Of a DNA stretch of 64,000 nt, positions 12,101 to 29,365 are shown piece by piece. Below the pieces are notes generated by a model that saw only the letters and a list, made by a program, of their open reading frames with translations, made no database searches and was not told the origin of the DNA. Location of the stretch: NCBI RefSeq assembly GCF_036588685.1, contig NC_086378.1, positions 88,908,001-88,972,000 of the forward strand, written 5' to 3'. The position numbers were made by a program, and so were the translations under genes. The number at the start of each line of letters is the position of its first letter. Position 1 is the stretch's first letter. This stretch comes from Mytilus trossulus (taxonomy: Eukaryota).

Positions 12101-14585
12101 TATTTTAATTTTTTTACTTTCATTTTTAAGAGGTTTGCTGGAACTCGTACTTAAAGAATTTCTGTCACATGACTGTATTATGTGACAGTGTGAACATGTG
12201 CACACTCACTTTTACTCTAATGTTTTGCTGTTGTATCATGCTTTTCCCATCATGATCATATTGATTGAGTCCATGATTTATACTAATACTATCTTACTGT
12301 TATAACAAAATTATGAATCTTCATTGTTTATTCATAGCAGTTTAATTAAAATTAAACCTCAGTATTCAGTTTTCTATGCAATATATCTGAAAACAGGAGG
12401 GCTGAAAGGTTTAATTTTAATCAGACTGTATTCATAATGATATACTTTATTTACAGGGTCATGACGACTGGGTAGAAGATGTGTGTTTTGGTAGTGATCA
12501 GAAAACAGTTTTATCATGTTCTAAAGTATGTATGATTAGATCATTTGTCTTTTTCATCATAAAGAATTATATTTAATGAAACTTGGCAAAAAACTGTTTT
12601 TTGATGGCACTTGTTATTTTTATAATTAAAATAAAATTGAGAATGGAAATGGGGAATGTGTATACCTGTACTTTTTACAGTTGCAAGTTATAGCCTACAG
12701 ATATTAAATTCTTGTATTAAATAAAAATATTGTAAATCACAACTAAGCAAATGATACAGCTAAATCTCTTGTTCTTAAATGATTTCATTAATGATGTTTG
12801 GCTTATGCCAACTTCATATTTTTGTCATCCTTGACCTATAAATAACCATCCCAGTTGAAAATGTGCACACAGATGTATTTTCTGAATATCATGTTTGTTC
12901 TTGATATATAAACAGACTAACTTGAATGATTGGAAATTACTGTCAAAGCATAACCCATGAACTATAGCTATGATTGCAGCTAAAGAATGAAAAGTAGTTT
13001 ATGGTTAATATAGTTAATTTATGCCTTAATAGAAGAATACGGTTAAAAAAATCAGTTTGTTCATAAATAACAATAAATACAAGATTAAGTCAAATTAGAT
13101 AGAGAATAAACTTGTTGTCCAAATTTGGCCACAGGAAATTACAAGTATTTATTCTGTTATATTATATTATACTAATGTGTTAAAAAATGTATTTACAGGA
13201 TAGAACAATCAGAATATGGAATGTAGAAGAAGCGGATAAATTACCTGTTGTATTAGAAAGAAGGAAAGCTATTGGTCTAAAAATTATTAAGGTAATTCAT
13301 TATCACCCTCAATATACAGACTTTGTTGTATTAGAAAGAAGGAAAGCTATTGGTCTAAAAATTATTAAGGTAATTCATTATCACCCTCAATATACAGACT
13401 TTGTTGTATTAGAAAGAAGGAAAGCTATTGGTCTAAAAATTATTAAGGTAATTCATTATCACCCTCAATATACAGACTTTGTTGTATTAGAAAGAAGGAA
13501 AGCTATTGGTCTAAAAATTATTAAGGTAATTCATTATCACCCTCAATATACAGACTTTGTTGTATTAGAAAGAAGGAAAGCTATTGGTCTAAAAATTATT
13601 AAGGTAATTCATTATCACCCTCAATATACAGACTTTGTTGTATTAGAAAGGTGGAAAGCTATTGGTTTAAAAATTATTAAGGTAATTCATTATCACCTTA
13701 CTCTACAGAATTGGATGGAATATGGCATTTTATTTGATAATTCATTGATTTGTTAAACAATTGTCTTTCCAACCAGGATAAATTGAGTGCAGGACCTTGA
13801 AAAGATTCTGTGAGGAAAATAATTTTATAAGTATATATACATACCTAAGTGTAGAGGAGGTCCATTTAAAATTGGGTCACAATCAAACCTACTTTTTACT
13901 TATGAATGACTTTGCTTATTAAAGCAACCTTGTGTAGAATTAATGATGAAGTAAAAAAGAAAAAGCCTCATCTTTTCTTTTCTTATATAATGTGCCCTTG
14001 TACAAGTGCGTTTTGAAATTATCTATTATCATAGCCTTCTCCAGATCTTACAAAATCATATGAGGTAAATTCCTTGACCTGAATATTTATACAATGACAT
14101 TGGACATAAAGCAATTTTACCTACAATCAATTATCTACCAGATTTAAATTTGTTTGAATTTATTTTTCTTTCAAAATGTTTTTATACATACTGATAAAAT
14201 GATTATTGTGCATCAAATCATTTTGTAAGTTTTTGAATAAATTCATTTTGTAAGTTTTTGAAAAAAGTTTATATGTCTTTAAACACTTCCAGGATGTATC
14301 AATAGGAACTGTTATAATAAAATGAAGAAATAAAATGGGGAATGTGTCAAATCGACAACAACCCGACCATAGAATAGACCATCAGTTGAAAGCCACCAAT
14401 GGGTCATATGTATACAGCATATTTGTAGCCTGTTTATTTTATATTTGCAGTGTTCTATGTGTGGGAAGCCTTTCTCCTTAACTTCACTGGAAACTTATAA
14501 AGATGTTTCAGTATGTGTGTTCTGTAGGATGCAGAACAGAGAACAGACTATGTTAGAAATAATGAATATGGTTGATGAAGGATAG
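6079..14585 (+). CDS. WDR88: WD repeat-containing protein 88-like, 11 coding exons, 1188 nt, 395 aa
   Basis: Exons 6079-6171, 7515-7714, 8312-8375, 8775-8913, 9373-9499, 9997-10110, 11185-11255, 11594-11676, 12457-12525, 13199-13291 and 14451-14585 all have GT-AG boundaries and join in frame. GH...WD repeats are present. The C-terminus (GHDDWVEDV, DRTIRIWNVEEADKLPVVLERRKAIGLK, CSMCGKPFS...CVFCR) parallels vertebrate WDR88 as I recall it. Confidence 0.92.
6402..6565 (+). mobile_element. 164-bp MITE with 18-bp TIR ATACACCTTATCGCTATT
   Basis: Perfect terminal inverted repeats; a further end fragment at about 29314-29340. Confidence 0.85.
6599..6803. mobile_element. About 205-bp MITE with about 41-bp imperfect TIRs (ATAGGGCT...AGCCCTAT)
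   Basis: atagggctctacacagttagttcgg pairs with ccgaactaacagtgaatagccctat. Confidence 0.75.
7151..7410 (+). repeat. High-copy interspersed repeat
   Basis: Reverse-strand homolog at about 17845-18020; shared head at 4995-5084 and 36845-36945. Confidence 0.8.
7515..7714 (+). CDS. WDR88: WDR88-like exon 2 (LRIKVFRGHLDSV...DKTIKIWDVETG...)
   Basis: ttttcag acceptor, WD40 repeat, AG|GTAAAG donor. Confidence 0.92.
8312..8375 (+). CDS. WDR88: WDR88-like exon 3 (FVSCGWDKKVAVWDIESGNCV)
   Basis: tttccag acceptor, GTGAGT donor. Confidence 0.92.
8586..8695 (+). mobile_element. SINE 3' fragment
   Basis: ttttctccaggcactctgccttcct...gctgaaagtgg...caccaatc, shared with 35500-35600, 63553-63720 and 11860-11985 (reverse). 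Confidence 0.65.
8775..8913 (+). CDS. WDR88: WDR88-like exon 4 (WSGKHAGIVTSCNFSHDGKYVVSGSDLDNTVKIWD...)
   Basis: cttgcag acceptor, GTAGGT donor. Confidence 0.92.
9373..9499 (+). CDS. WDR88: WDR88-like exon 5 (IHTSTITKCMFAPGDDKIITTSMDKTAKFYD...)
   Basis: atttcag acceptor, GTAAGT donor. Confidence 0.92.
9997..10110 (+). CDS. WDR88: WDR88-like exon 6 (GHINIISCCDISHDERKFATGSWDKTVNIWDIATGSY)
   Basis: cttgcag acceptor, AG|GTATAT donor. Confidence 0.92.
10696..10906. mobile_element. 211-bp MITE, GAGGGGG...CCCCCTC termini, 6-bp TSD TGTCAG
   Basis: TGTCAG at 10690-10695 and 10907-10912; internal reiterated (C/T)GGGA motifs. Confidence 0.8.
11185..11255 (+). CDS. WDR88: WDR88-like exon 7 (SKGPGQLCGSHDGSVSSCSFSPD)
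   Basis: tttatag acceptor, GTAGGT donor. Confidence 0.9.
11594..11676 (+). CDS. WDR88: WDR88-like exon 8 (LQLVTGSYDSTVCVWDVDNRVQKVKLQ)
   Basis: tttttag acceptor, CAG|GTACAT donor. Confidence 0.92.
11860..11985 (-). mobile_element. SINE 3' fragment
   Basis: tttgatttgatttttggtgttttaacaccactttt...ggtggaggaagccagagtgcc. Confidence 0.7.
12457..12525 (+). CDS. WDR88: WDR88-like exon 9 (GHDDWVEDVCFGSDQKTVLSCSK)
   Basis: tttacag acceptor, GTATGT donor. Confidence 0.92.
13199..13291 (+). CDS. WDR88: WDR88-like exon 10 (DRTIRIWNVEEADKLPVVLERRKAIGLKIIK)
   Basis: tttacag acceptor; first of six AAG|GTAATT donors. Confidence 0.88.
13246..13698 (+). repeat. 78-bp tandem repeat, about 5.8 copies, spanning the exon 10 / intron 10 junction
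   Basis: Unit tgttgtattagaaagaaggaaagctattggtctaaaaattattaaggtaattcattatcaccctcaatatacagactt; accounts for the 26-aa repeat in ORF 13187-13756. Confidence 0.97.
14451..14585 (+). CDS. WDR88: WDR88-like terminal exon 11 (CSMCGKPFS...CVFCRMQNREQ...DEG*)
   Basis: tttgcag acceptor, CxxC...CxxC motif, TAG at 14583-14585. Confidence 0.9.
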   Translation, partial: CSMCGKPFSLTSLETYKDVSVCVFCRMQNREQTMLEIMNMVDEG

Positions 14586-14635
14586 CAGTTAACAATTTTA
14601 GCTCTTTAAATCTGTGATATATTTATTTATTTTTT

Positions 14636-14641
14636 AATAAA
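14636..14641 (+). terminator. Candidate polyadenylation signal of the WDR88-like gene
   Basis: First AATAAA, about 50 nt after the stop; the hexamer is common in AT-rich DNA. Confidence 0.4.
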
Positions 14642-15412
14642 CATTATTCTACCAGAAGATTTATTTAATTATTTCTGATCAGTAGTTATAGCAATGGCCA
14701 AAATATCTAAAAAAAAACAAAAAATATGATTCATTTATAACCATGACAACTTCCTCTTGATTCTTGCAAATCTGTAGTTTTGTGAACTATAAAAAAGAAT
14801 CTGGTCAGTAGGCCAGTTTAGCACAAACCAAGGATTCTTATCTTTTGTCCTGAATATGCATGCAATAAGTGCCATTGATTTATAAAAATGTAACAATGCT
14901 TTCAAATTAGGGACATAAACTGCACAGAAAGGTAAATTTGATTTTGTCAAAATTATAAAAACTCATGAGAAGTCAGTCAGCTGTATCTAATAGTTTGTGT
15001 CTGTGTATTGTCGTTTGTTTTTTGTTGCATCTCACTGAGGTGAGCTCAGTGACCTATTGTTTCGTTATTTTCTTCCTATAGTTGATTTGCTTCCCTCAGA
15101 TTTAGTTTGCCATTCAAATTTGTTTTCTCTCAATCATTTTATGACTTTTGAACAGTGGTATACTACAGTTGCCTTTATGTATTGCAAAATTTCATATCCT
15201 ATGAATTTTGCTATCAAGGGAAAAGTTTCCAATCCATTGCATCTAACAAGATTATTTGACCTGAAACTATCATTTAAATTATTGTTTACTGTTCATGCCC
15301 ATCATTTCAATGTAATATTTGTTGTAGAACCAACTGAAGAGCCTGTTGTTCAACAGGGTTTTTTTGCAGAATGCTTGACATAGATATAGTGATGCAGCAG
15401 CTAACCTCTTAA

Positions 15413-16743
15413 CTAGAGGCTCCAAAGAGCCTGTGTCGCTCACCTTGGTCTATGTGAATATTAAACAAGGGACAAAGGACACAGATGGGTTCATGACAAA
15501 ATAGTGTTTTGGTGATGGGGTTGTGTTTGTAGATCTTACTTTTCTAAACATTCTAGCTGCTTACAATTATCTCTATCTATAATAAACTTGGCCCAATAGC
15601 TTCAGTGGAAAATTGTAAAAAATTGACTAAAAAGGGCAATAACTCCTTAGGGGGTCAATTGACCATTTTGGTCATGTTGACTTATTTGTAGATCTTACTT
15701 TGCTGAACACTTTTGCTGTTTACAGGTTATCTCTATCTATAATAATATTCAAGATAATAACCCAAAACAGCAAAATTTTCTTAAAATTACCAATTAAGGG
15801 GCAGCAACCTAACAACGGGTTGTCCGATTCATCTGAAAAGGAGTAGGTCCAGTAAGGACTCATTTTGGCCTCAAATTTCAGTTTCATCTGACGAAAGATT
15901 TTGACCACTTTTTAAACACTTAAAAGTGTCTATTTCACTGGATTCAATTAGTTTTTGTGAAAGATTTTAACTAATTTAGTCATTAAAAACGATCCGATTC
16001 AAGCTCAAATATGAAAAATCTCTCAAATATGCCAAAAAACGTCACTTTTCAGATGTTTTTTGTCAAAAATGAAAGTGGCCACATCTGTGTTCATTCACAA
16101 CCTTTATATATGTTATGTATTATTATAAAATACAACTTACATTTCAATATTAAGGATGAACACGAATGCTGCCACTTTCGTTTTACACGGAAACCGTCTA
16201 AAATTTAACTAAAATGATAGAATTTTGAATATTTCAGTAATTTAGCATGACTTAATGGTGCTACAACCCGATATATGTGCATTGTATTGTCAAAATCAGC
16301 CCATATTTATGTAGCAGAAGCATTTAACTGTCCAGTAAATAACTAAAAGTTTACAGTTTAACCATTTTGTAAAACTGTTATATTTTTGGGCCAAAAAGGG
16401 GTCTTAGCGGACCTACTCCTTTCAGGGCAGATAGATCTTGACCAGTTTAACAATTTAAGCCCTTAGTCAGATTTGCTCTAAATGCTTTGGTTTTTGAGTT
16501 ATAAGCCAAAAACTGCATTTTACCCCTATGTACTATTTTTAGCCGTGGCGGCCATCTTGGTTGGTATGCCGGGGTCACTGGACACAATTTTTAAACTAGA
16601 TTTTCCAATGATGATTGTGGCTAAGTTTGGTTAAATTTGGCCCAGTAGTTTCAGAGGAGAAAATTTATGTAAAAGTTTACGGACGACAGACGCCAAGTAA
16701 TGAGAAAAGCTCACTTGGCCCTGTGGGCCAGGTGAGCTAAAAA
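15413..16743 (-). mobile_element. HINE family A copy 2 (one internal unit), interrupted by a nested MITE
   Basis: Same termini and body as 528-1815. Confidence 0.88.
15840..16419. mobile_element. Spy-like MITE (580 bp) inserted at AAA|TTT with no target duplication
   Basis: TIRs GGAGTAGGTCC...GGACCTACTCC; removing it restores ctgaaaatttcagggcag as found in sister HINE copies. Confidence 0.85.
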
Positions 16744-16789
16744 GCTTTATATTTCAAAATGAAGAATACCTGGATCCTTTTATACTTTG

Positions 16790-17843
16790 TATAATAATGC
16801 CTTATGTTATGAAATTCTCGTCTGTCCTTGACCTCATTTTCATGGTTCTGTGATTTTTTGGAAAAAGAGTAAAGATATTCTAAATTTCTTTCTTATATAA
16901 CCAGTAAAAGGATCAATTTTACTATATTTGGAATGTGCATACCTTGCAAGGTCATCATGCTCCTCAGACATTTTTATCTTGACCTCATTTCATGGATCAG
17001 TTAACAATGTTATGTTTATGTGGTTAAGTCCATATCTCAGATACTATAAGAAATAGGTACACTATATTTGGTGTATGGAATGATTTTAAGGTGAACATGT
17101 CCAACTTGCAGGAGTCATCAGACATTAATCTAACTTTCATGTTTCAGTTTTTGTGTTTCTGTCTTTTTTTCTAATGCTGTATGCAATAGGTCTACAGATT
17201 TGCAAAAAAATAGTGTATGGAATGATTGTAAAGGTGTACATGTCTATCTGGCAGGTGTCACCTGTCCTTGGCCTCATTTTCATGGTTCTGTGGTTGTAAT
17301 TTTTGTGTTATGGCCTGTTTTTGTAATTCAGGTACTGTATGCAATAGGTTAACTATTTTTGGTGTATGAAACTATTTTACGATGAACTTATCAGTCTGGT
17401 ATATTTTATTTGACCTTGACCTCATCTTTATGGTTCATTGCACAATGTATGAATATAGTTTTTTGGAATGATTTCCGATAATATTGGCAATAGGTCAACT
17501 ATATTTGGTGTATGGAATGATTGTAATGTGTACATGTCTGTCTGGCAATTATCATCTTTAAACCATGACCTCATTTCATGTTTTTTGGTCATTCTCAAGT
17601 TTTCTGGGTTTAGTTTGTTTCTTCGAAGTGCATTAGGCCAACTATATTTAAAGTATATTTGTTGTATGGAAAGATTGTAAGGTGAACATGTATTTCGAGT
17701 TTGTTTTATCTGACCTTGATCTCATTTTCTTGGATCATGTTAAATTGATGTGACAGATGTAGTAAAGCTTTATATTAAGGACTATAAACATAATATCAAT
17801 GATAAGTAAAGAAGGCAAGACATCTCAGTGTGTACACTCTTGT
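16790..17843 (+). mobile_element. Degenerate HINE-like element with about 140-150-bp tandem subunits (ccttgacctcattttcatgg core)
   Basis: Core motif recurs about 7 times; ends in a gtgtg-ta-cacac-like hairpin plus CTTGT; related fragment at about 53040-53370. Confidence 0.65.
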
Positions 17844-19852
17844 GTTTGTTTATATTGTTCATAAGTGTTTCTCTTTTTATAAGTAGATTAGACTGTTGGT
17901 TTTCCTGTTTGAATTGTTTTACACTAGTCGTTTTTGGGCCCTTTATAGCTTGCTGTTTAATGTGATCCAAGGCTCAGTTTTGAAGGTCTCCATACTTTGT
18001 CCTATAATTGTTTACTTTTTACACATTGTAATCCTTTATGTCTTCATACACTGGTGAACAAGGACATGTTAGTTGTTGACACAGAAAGAAAATAACAGTG
18101 CTATGTATACCTGTTATTGCTAGGATAGCAGAGGTTAAAATAAAGGCAGTAACTTCTTGGAGAAAATCATCAATAAAGTTTAACAGAAATTTGCCAAAAT
18201 ATACAAACATATAAAAGAAATCAAGGAAAAGTTTAGGTAATTTTTTATTATTTTTCAATTATAAAAACAAACTCAACATTTTGATAAAAGTAATAATTTA
18301 TAAATTCAATTATTGAATTCATACAAATCATATTTGTATTTATATAGTATTAGACAACAAAATAAATTAATATAAATGCAATAAAATCAACAGATAAATA
18401 TGGTCTTATTACTTATAAATCAGATTTATAATCATTAAATAATGTAAGTTAAAGCTGTTATATATTACATATGTTTGGTCTCGTAAACCCTGGGCAACCA
18501 AAACGTGTGAAATAACAATGCCATTTTATGTTAATATTCAAATGTTATGTTTCCATATGAAAAATTGTGAATGATTAGCTTACAAAATTATCCACAAAAT
18601 AGTTTTGAGATTTGAAGCATGTAAAGGAAAACAAGCATGCAGTATCTTGGAACACATGATAACTTATATATATATATAACATAGTTTTCAAGGAACATAA
18701 TGACTATTTGACCCTTTGTCATTAATAATATGTAATTTATGACAGTAATGTGTAAAACATTGTGAAGTAAGTCAGAAATAGCTATACACAAAAGTTACAT
18801 TTAGAATAAACTACAATGTTATTTAGAGCCCAAAACAAAGGCAATGAAATCTCCATTTACATTTTTTATAATAGAATAAAATAATATTAAGGATGTTATA
18901 TCAAAATTGCAAGTATTATTTTTTTTTAGATCTCTTCTGTATTCTGTATAATGCTTTAACGACCACACATTAATAAATAGGCTACATATTGTGTCAATTA
19001 TCTAATATTTTACACAAAACAAACATAAAATAAGTTAAAAAAAGTTTAATATCACAAAACTTTTGTTTTCCTGCTGGTATGATTTATTTCTGAGTTACAA
19101 AACCATTATTGGAGTAAACTTTTAAAACTTGTAGACTTTATGAATTTATAGTAGAATACATTTTTTTGTGTTTTCGTTTCTGGTTTTGGGTAGAACCACT
19201 AAAGTCTGCTTACAATAACTTTCAATGAAGTCATTGTATTGGTTCTGCAACCTTGACCTTTGACACACTGACTCAAAAATTATGCATTATTTTAGTAGAT
19301 CAATTTCTGATGTGACTTTGACCTCTATTGAGTAACCTCAAAATTATTTTTTTTGTAAGATTATTGCACTGTAAGGTTGACTTACTGACCAACAATTCAA
19401 TACAGTTTTTGTTCTAAATAAGGAACATTCTTAATTAAGATTTGTAAAAGTTCAACAAATTGTTAGAAAATATCAAGAACCAAAATTTTGACCAAAATAG
19501 CTGTTGTGACCTTGACTGTTGACCTCAAAATCACTAGGTTCTTCCTTCCTAATAGGATAATATCTATGATATTATTAATGGCTGAAGTATTTAGTCGTGG
19601 AAAGCAATGTTTATGTTAGTTGATTGAGTAAATATATCCTCAGCTCTGACAATGTCAAGTCAAAAGCCAGTAATTAAAGTAAATTTTAAGTAGGGAGCTT
19701 AAAAAACAAATCTGCTTGAACAAAAAAACTTCAAACTGCTATTACAAATAAAACTGTGGGTACATGAGACGACAAATAGTTTACAGACAATTCAAGAACA
19801 AAATAATATAACGGGGAATCTATCTTTGTTCAGATCTTTAGATATATATATA

Positions 19853-20007
19853 GAATAATAGGTAGTTTCATTTTTGATACGGACTATATCATGTGGAATA
19901 TCTAGACGAGCCCGTTATGATACTGACTATATCAAATGGAATATCTTAACTCGCATGATATAGTCAGTATCAAAAACATAATCAAAAACAAAACTACCTA
20001 TCATTCT
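19853..20007. mobile_element. Small foldback element or MITE
   Basis: agaataataggtagttt...gatac.gactatatcatg is inverted with catgatatagtcagtatc...aaactacctatcattct. Confidence 0.65.
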
Positions 20008-20775
20008 GTCATCATTCATATCGGTAATTATGACGTCACATAATGTATTGCCTAATATTTTAGGTGATACAGCCAGTATGTTGATACTTGAAAATATTAG
20101 GCAGTAAGATCAAAGGGAAAATATATGAATTACCGATTATATCACATATTTAGTGTTTTGACAATCATAAGGTACTTTCTAAATATTGATATCGTTTGAC
20201 CTGAATACAAAATATAGAAACACTTTAGTTTTGACAGGTACGGTAGACAAGTTCCATAAACAAATACACAAACATTCTTCTACTTATTTATTATTATTAT
20301 TATTATCCAAGCAGTGGTTCAAATTATATGAGTTGGCACATATTGGAATTGTCTATGATGATTACATGCATTATACCTATTTATAAAATAGGCAATAAAA
20401 ATGTTTGGAACTAAAAATCTATAAAATGATGTTATAAAATAACAAATAATTGTCATGTAGTTGAAATAAGCAGTAAAGTTATACACTTAAATGCCTTGTC
20501 ATATTTTGACATCTAACAAAGTTACATAGAAAAGTTTATATCTAACAATTGATATCCATTAACTTAAAGTCCATGGATAAGTTTGTAATAACATACAAGA
20601 AAATCTACAACAATTAGTCACTGCAAATTTCAATTTTACAATCAGCCCATTACAATAAATTCATATGACAACAATCCTAAAAGGATGTTTCTTATCCATA
20701 AATAATCTTTTTTTATCATAATTTTTTATCAAATGTTGGAAAATGATATCTTGATTTTTTATTTCAATTCATATA

Positions 20776-21407
20776 ACGTGACGGTACCCAAATTGCACCT
20801 ATTTTGACAGTTTTTTCACCTACGTTTTTTTATGATCAAGAAAAAAATGTTTATACTGTGTTTATTTTGTAGCCCTATCCTTCTTGATTGTAAAGGTACA
20901 CCGATTTACATTTTAATCCATATTGAGTCATTGAAAAATGGGTTTGAATCAACCTCCAAACTATCCATGATTCTGTAATGAGGAGTACCCAAATTGCATC
21001 CATGCTTAGATTCACATCGTCAAAAGTCTAATAACCGGGCTTTTGTTTAATTTCTTCAAATATTTTGAACAATTGGATATTTTTCCATGCTTACTCTTCA
21101 TATTTTACGAAATGGATACTTATAATATATTGTATTTGCTAATTTTAAAAAGATGACGTTTTGATGACGTCGCATGGTGACGTTTTCGTACATTTTGCTT
21201 TTTCAGTAAACAGTCCATCTGTTGATAAAAACTATGAACGTTTTGTGTATATCTAAATATGTTTACCTATGTTGAAAGACGTGCATAGTATCAAATCATA
21301 AAAATACAAATTGTTTAGTCTCTAGGAAATCTTGTACGATTTTTGTTGCTATTTTTTTCTAAATAGGTGCAATTTGGGTACTAGGTGCAATTTGGGTACC
21401 CTTACGT
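20776..21407. mobile_element. Tc1/mariner-superfamily (Fot1/pogo-like) MITE, 632 bp, TA TSD
   Basis: TA|ACGTGACGGTACCCAAATTGCACCTA...TAGGTGCAATTTGGGTACCCTTACGT|TA, with reiterated GTACCCAAATTGCA motifs. Confidence 0.85.
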
Positions 21408-21934
21408 TAGAAATCTTTTATTTTTCTACTAAATATAAGCAAGTCTTTTGATTAAAAATTTGGCCCAAACGGCCACTTATGTTTTTGTTTATGGACTAAT
21501 TACAAGTAAAAAATTATAGGCAGATGATTAAAATGGTGTGGTATACATTCTACAAGTCATCTTAATTGTGTATCATTTCAATCAACTACCAGTATCAATT
21601 CCAAATTCAATCGGGAGAAATGACCGAAAGCAGCATTAAAACTATGTAAAATTGATTTTTATAGTTAACCCATTCTTTGAAGTTTAAAAAATAATTAAAT
21701 AACATATTAAATCTAAATACATGCAATTCATAAAATAGTATCAATCAATGTCACTCTAAGATATTAATATATATCTGCTTGATGATTATCTCCTCTGTCT
21801 ATTTTTTGCTGTTGTCTTGGTTCATTGCCAGAGTTCTGTAATTTCGAATGTTAGTCTGTTGCGATTACTCCCATGATGATGTTCCATAAGTTATGTCCCT
21901 TTATAGAGCACCTACATATGATATTTACATCTGT

Positions 21935-27264
<5,330 letters not shown>

Positions 27265-28899
27265 CTGAAATTATAAAAAATATTTATATCTTAGTCATTT
27301 GTTAGTCATGTTAGTTGTACGAAAAAAATTTACTCTTGAAATATTTTTCATTTTTTAAATATGATTAGGATATTTCTTTTTTCAGTCAGGAAAGTTAAGG
27401 CAACCAAATAAAAAGCAGTTTGCACCAAGTTTGATGTAACAACCTACTTGTCAGCTACTGATATTTTTCTTTACAATTTGTTTGTCCACGCATGTAAAAA
27501 ATGTAAAGATGCAAATGAATGCATTGTGGCGCAATACTTACATGACTTAGCAAATCTGTTGTCAGAATAAAACCCCAAAACTTAAAACGGTAAATTTGAA
27601 ATTTAGATAAAAAAAAAATGGAGCTCACGTCAATCATTGTTGTCAATAGAGATAAATAATCCACCAAAGTTTCATGCATAAAGCAATTTTAAGTTAATGT
27701 TGACGATGGATGGACACGAAAATTGGTATCAATGTATAATAATGAATCCACAGTATATCTTCATTATTAATTTATTCCATTTCATATATATTTTTTTATT
27801 TGGGCCGAATTGTCTGTTCACTCCCTGGATCAGTTTAAAATACTGATCCATAGTCAGTATATTTAGATATCCAGCTGTTTGTAAATATGTAAATGTGTTA
27901 ATTTTTGTTTTGTTTTTGCACAATATTATTTTTGAATTATTGCACTCATTATCATGATTATAGTTATTATATTTTATTAATTGTCTGTTTGCGATGCGCA
28001 AACGTCATCAATGTGCTGATGGATGTTAGATGATGTAGATGTAGATATAAACATATAGATCAGACCAGATAGACATGGGGCCTGATCGGCGTGAGCAGGA
28101 TCTACTTCGGACAGATCGACCTGCGGCCGGATTGACATGAAAGCCCAATCAACTATCTACATCGCCAACCGCCAATCACAACCACTTTTACTTATTCCAA
28201 TCATCGGAACATCACTAGACCATTGTAGACTGACCAATGTATAATGTGATACAAATATTCTCTCCTCTTGTTTCAATATTGATCTTATCACATATCACAC
28301 TTACTTATAAGCCCTCATCTGATCTGATTTAACCAAATTCAAAGGGTGTCAAGTGACATAGAGAAAATCTTGATCTCTCTATGTTAAGCTCTTAAGTTTG
28401 CTATATAAAACTTACTAGTTACACGATGTCTTTAGTGCTTTATGAATATATGTTATAATGTGTGATGTGGCTTCACGATTTTTCACATTGCACCCAGTAG
28501 CACACGGCACCGAAGTCTTTACAGGAGGGTTCACATTAAAACGTGTGCAAAATGTGAATCCGATGTTCTGATTTTTTTAGGGTACGCAACTTTACACAAA
28601 CCATGTTCCCAAATAACTACTTTAAAATTCGATTCGAGCTTTAACGGAGGTAGAAAAAAGAAAAATCTCTCCTCTGTTATCGTTGTTTCATCATAACAGA
28701 AATTTATATCGGTTTCAGAAAACTCGATTTGTTGCCCCTTGAGAAATGTCTGATGGAAAATATATAATCTTCGTTTAATATAATCAGTGGCTAGAGAAAG
28801 AGTTTAATTTATTAACAATAAATCCAAGTATTCATCATTTTTTTGTTTTGATGTATCCTTAGATACGATCTATTATTATATAAAACCTCTTGCCTTCAA

Positions 28900-28940
28900 A
28901 CACACCGAAATGACGGAAGTGCTTTCATTCGGAAGGCCTC
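28900..28940 (-). promoter_or_regulatory. Candidate promoter of the zinc-finger gene (ETS-like sites)
   Basis: ACGGAAGTG and TCGGAAG in a CpG-retaining stretch upstream of candidate first-exon donors. Confidence 0.3.
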
Positions 28941-29365
28941 TTGCCATTTGCATTTTGGAAACGTGACCAGTACTTGCAGAAAAGATTGAATAAGATAACA
29001 TAGTTCTGCTAGGTAATATATAGGAGTGTAATGATAGTCATTATAACATTTAATCTGTTGACAGAATTTTTCGCTGTCAATAGTGTGTAATTAGGGAAAC
29101 CAACATAAAAATGTGATGGATGTGGTATTTATGTTCGGAACATCTTTCTAGTTTTCCTCGACTTTCACGTCGATATTCTTACAATGATATCTAGGCGGTG
29201 CGGCATGGACCTGCATACATGTATCTTCAGTTATAGATTTCTTTTTAAGTTTAAATTGTGAATAGAAACATTGAATGTGTCAAATAAAAAACAACACAAG
29301 ACCACCAAGGTAGATACACCTTATCGCTATTTGTTCGACATTAGCGACAAAATTAACTGGAAATC

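Noticed and set aside
13187-13756. 189-aa repeat ORF as a standalone gene
   Set aside because: It is WDR88 exon 10 read through a 78-bp tandem repeat; its ATG lies in the intron just before the acceptor
28145-28240. CCAAT-box cluster as the zinc-finger gene promoter
   Set aside because: It lies downstream of the best first-exon donors and next to a probable repeat remnant; it cannot be assigned without TSS data
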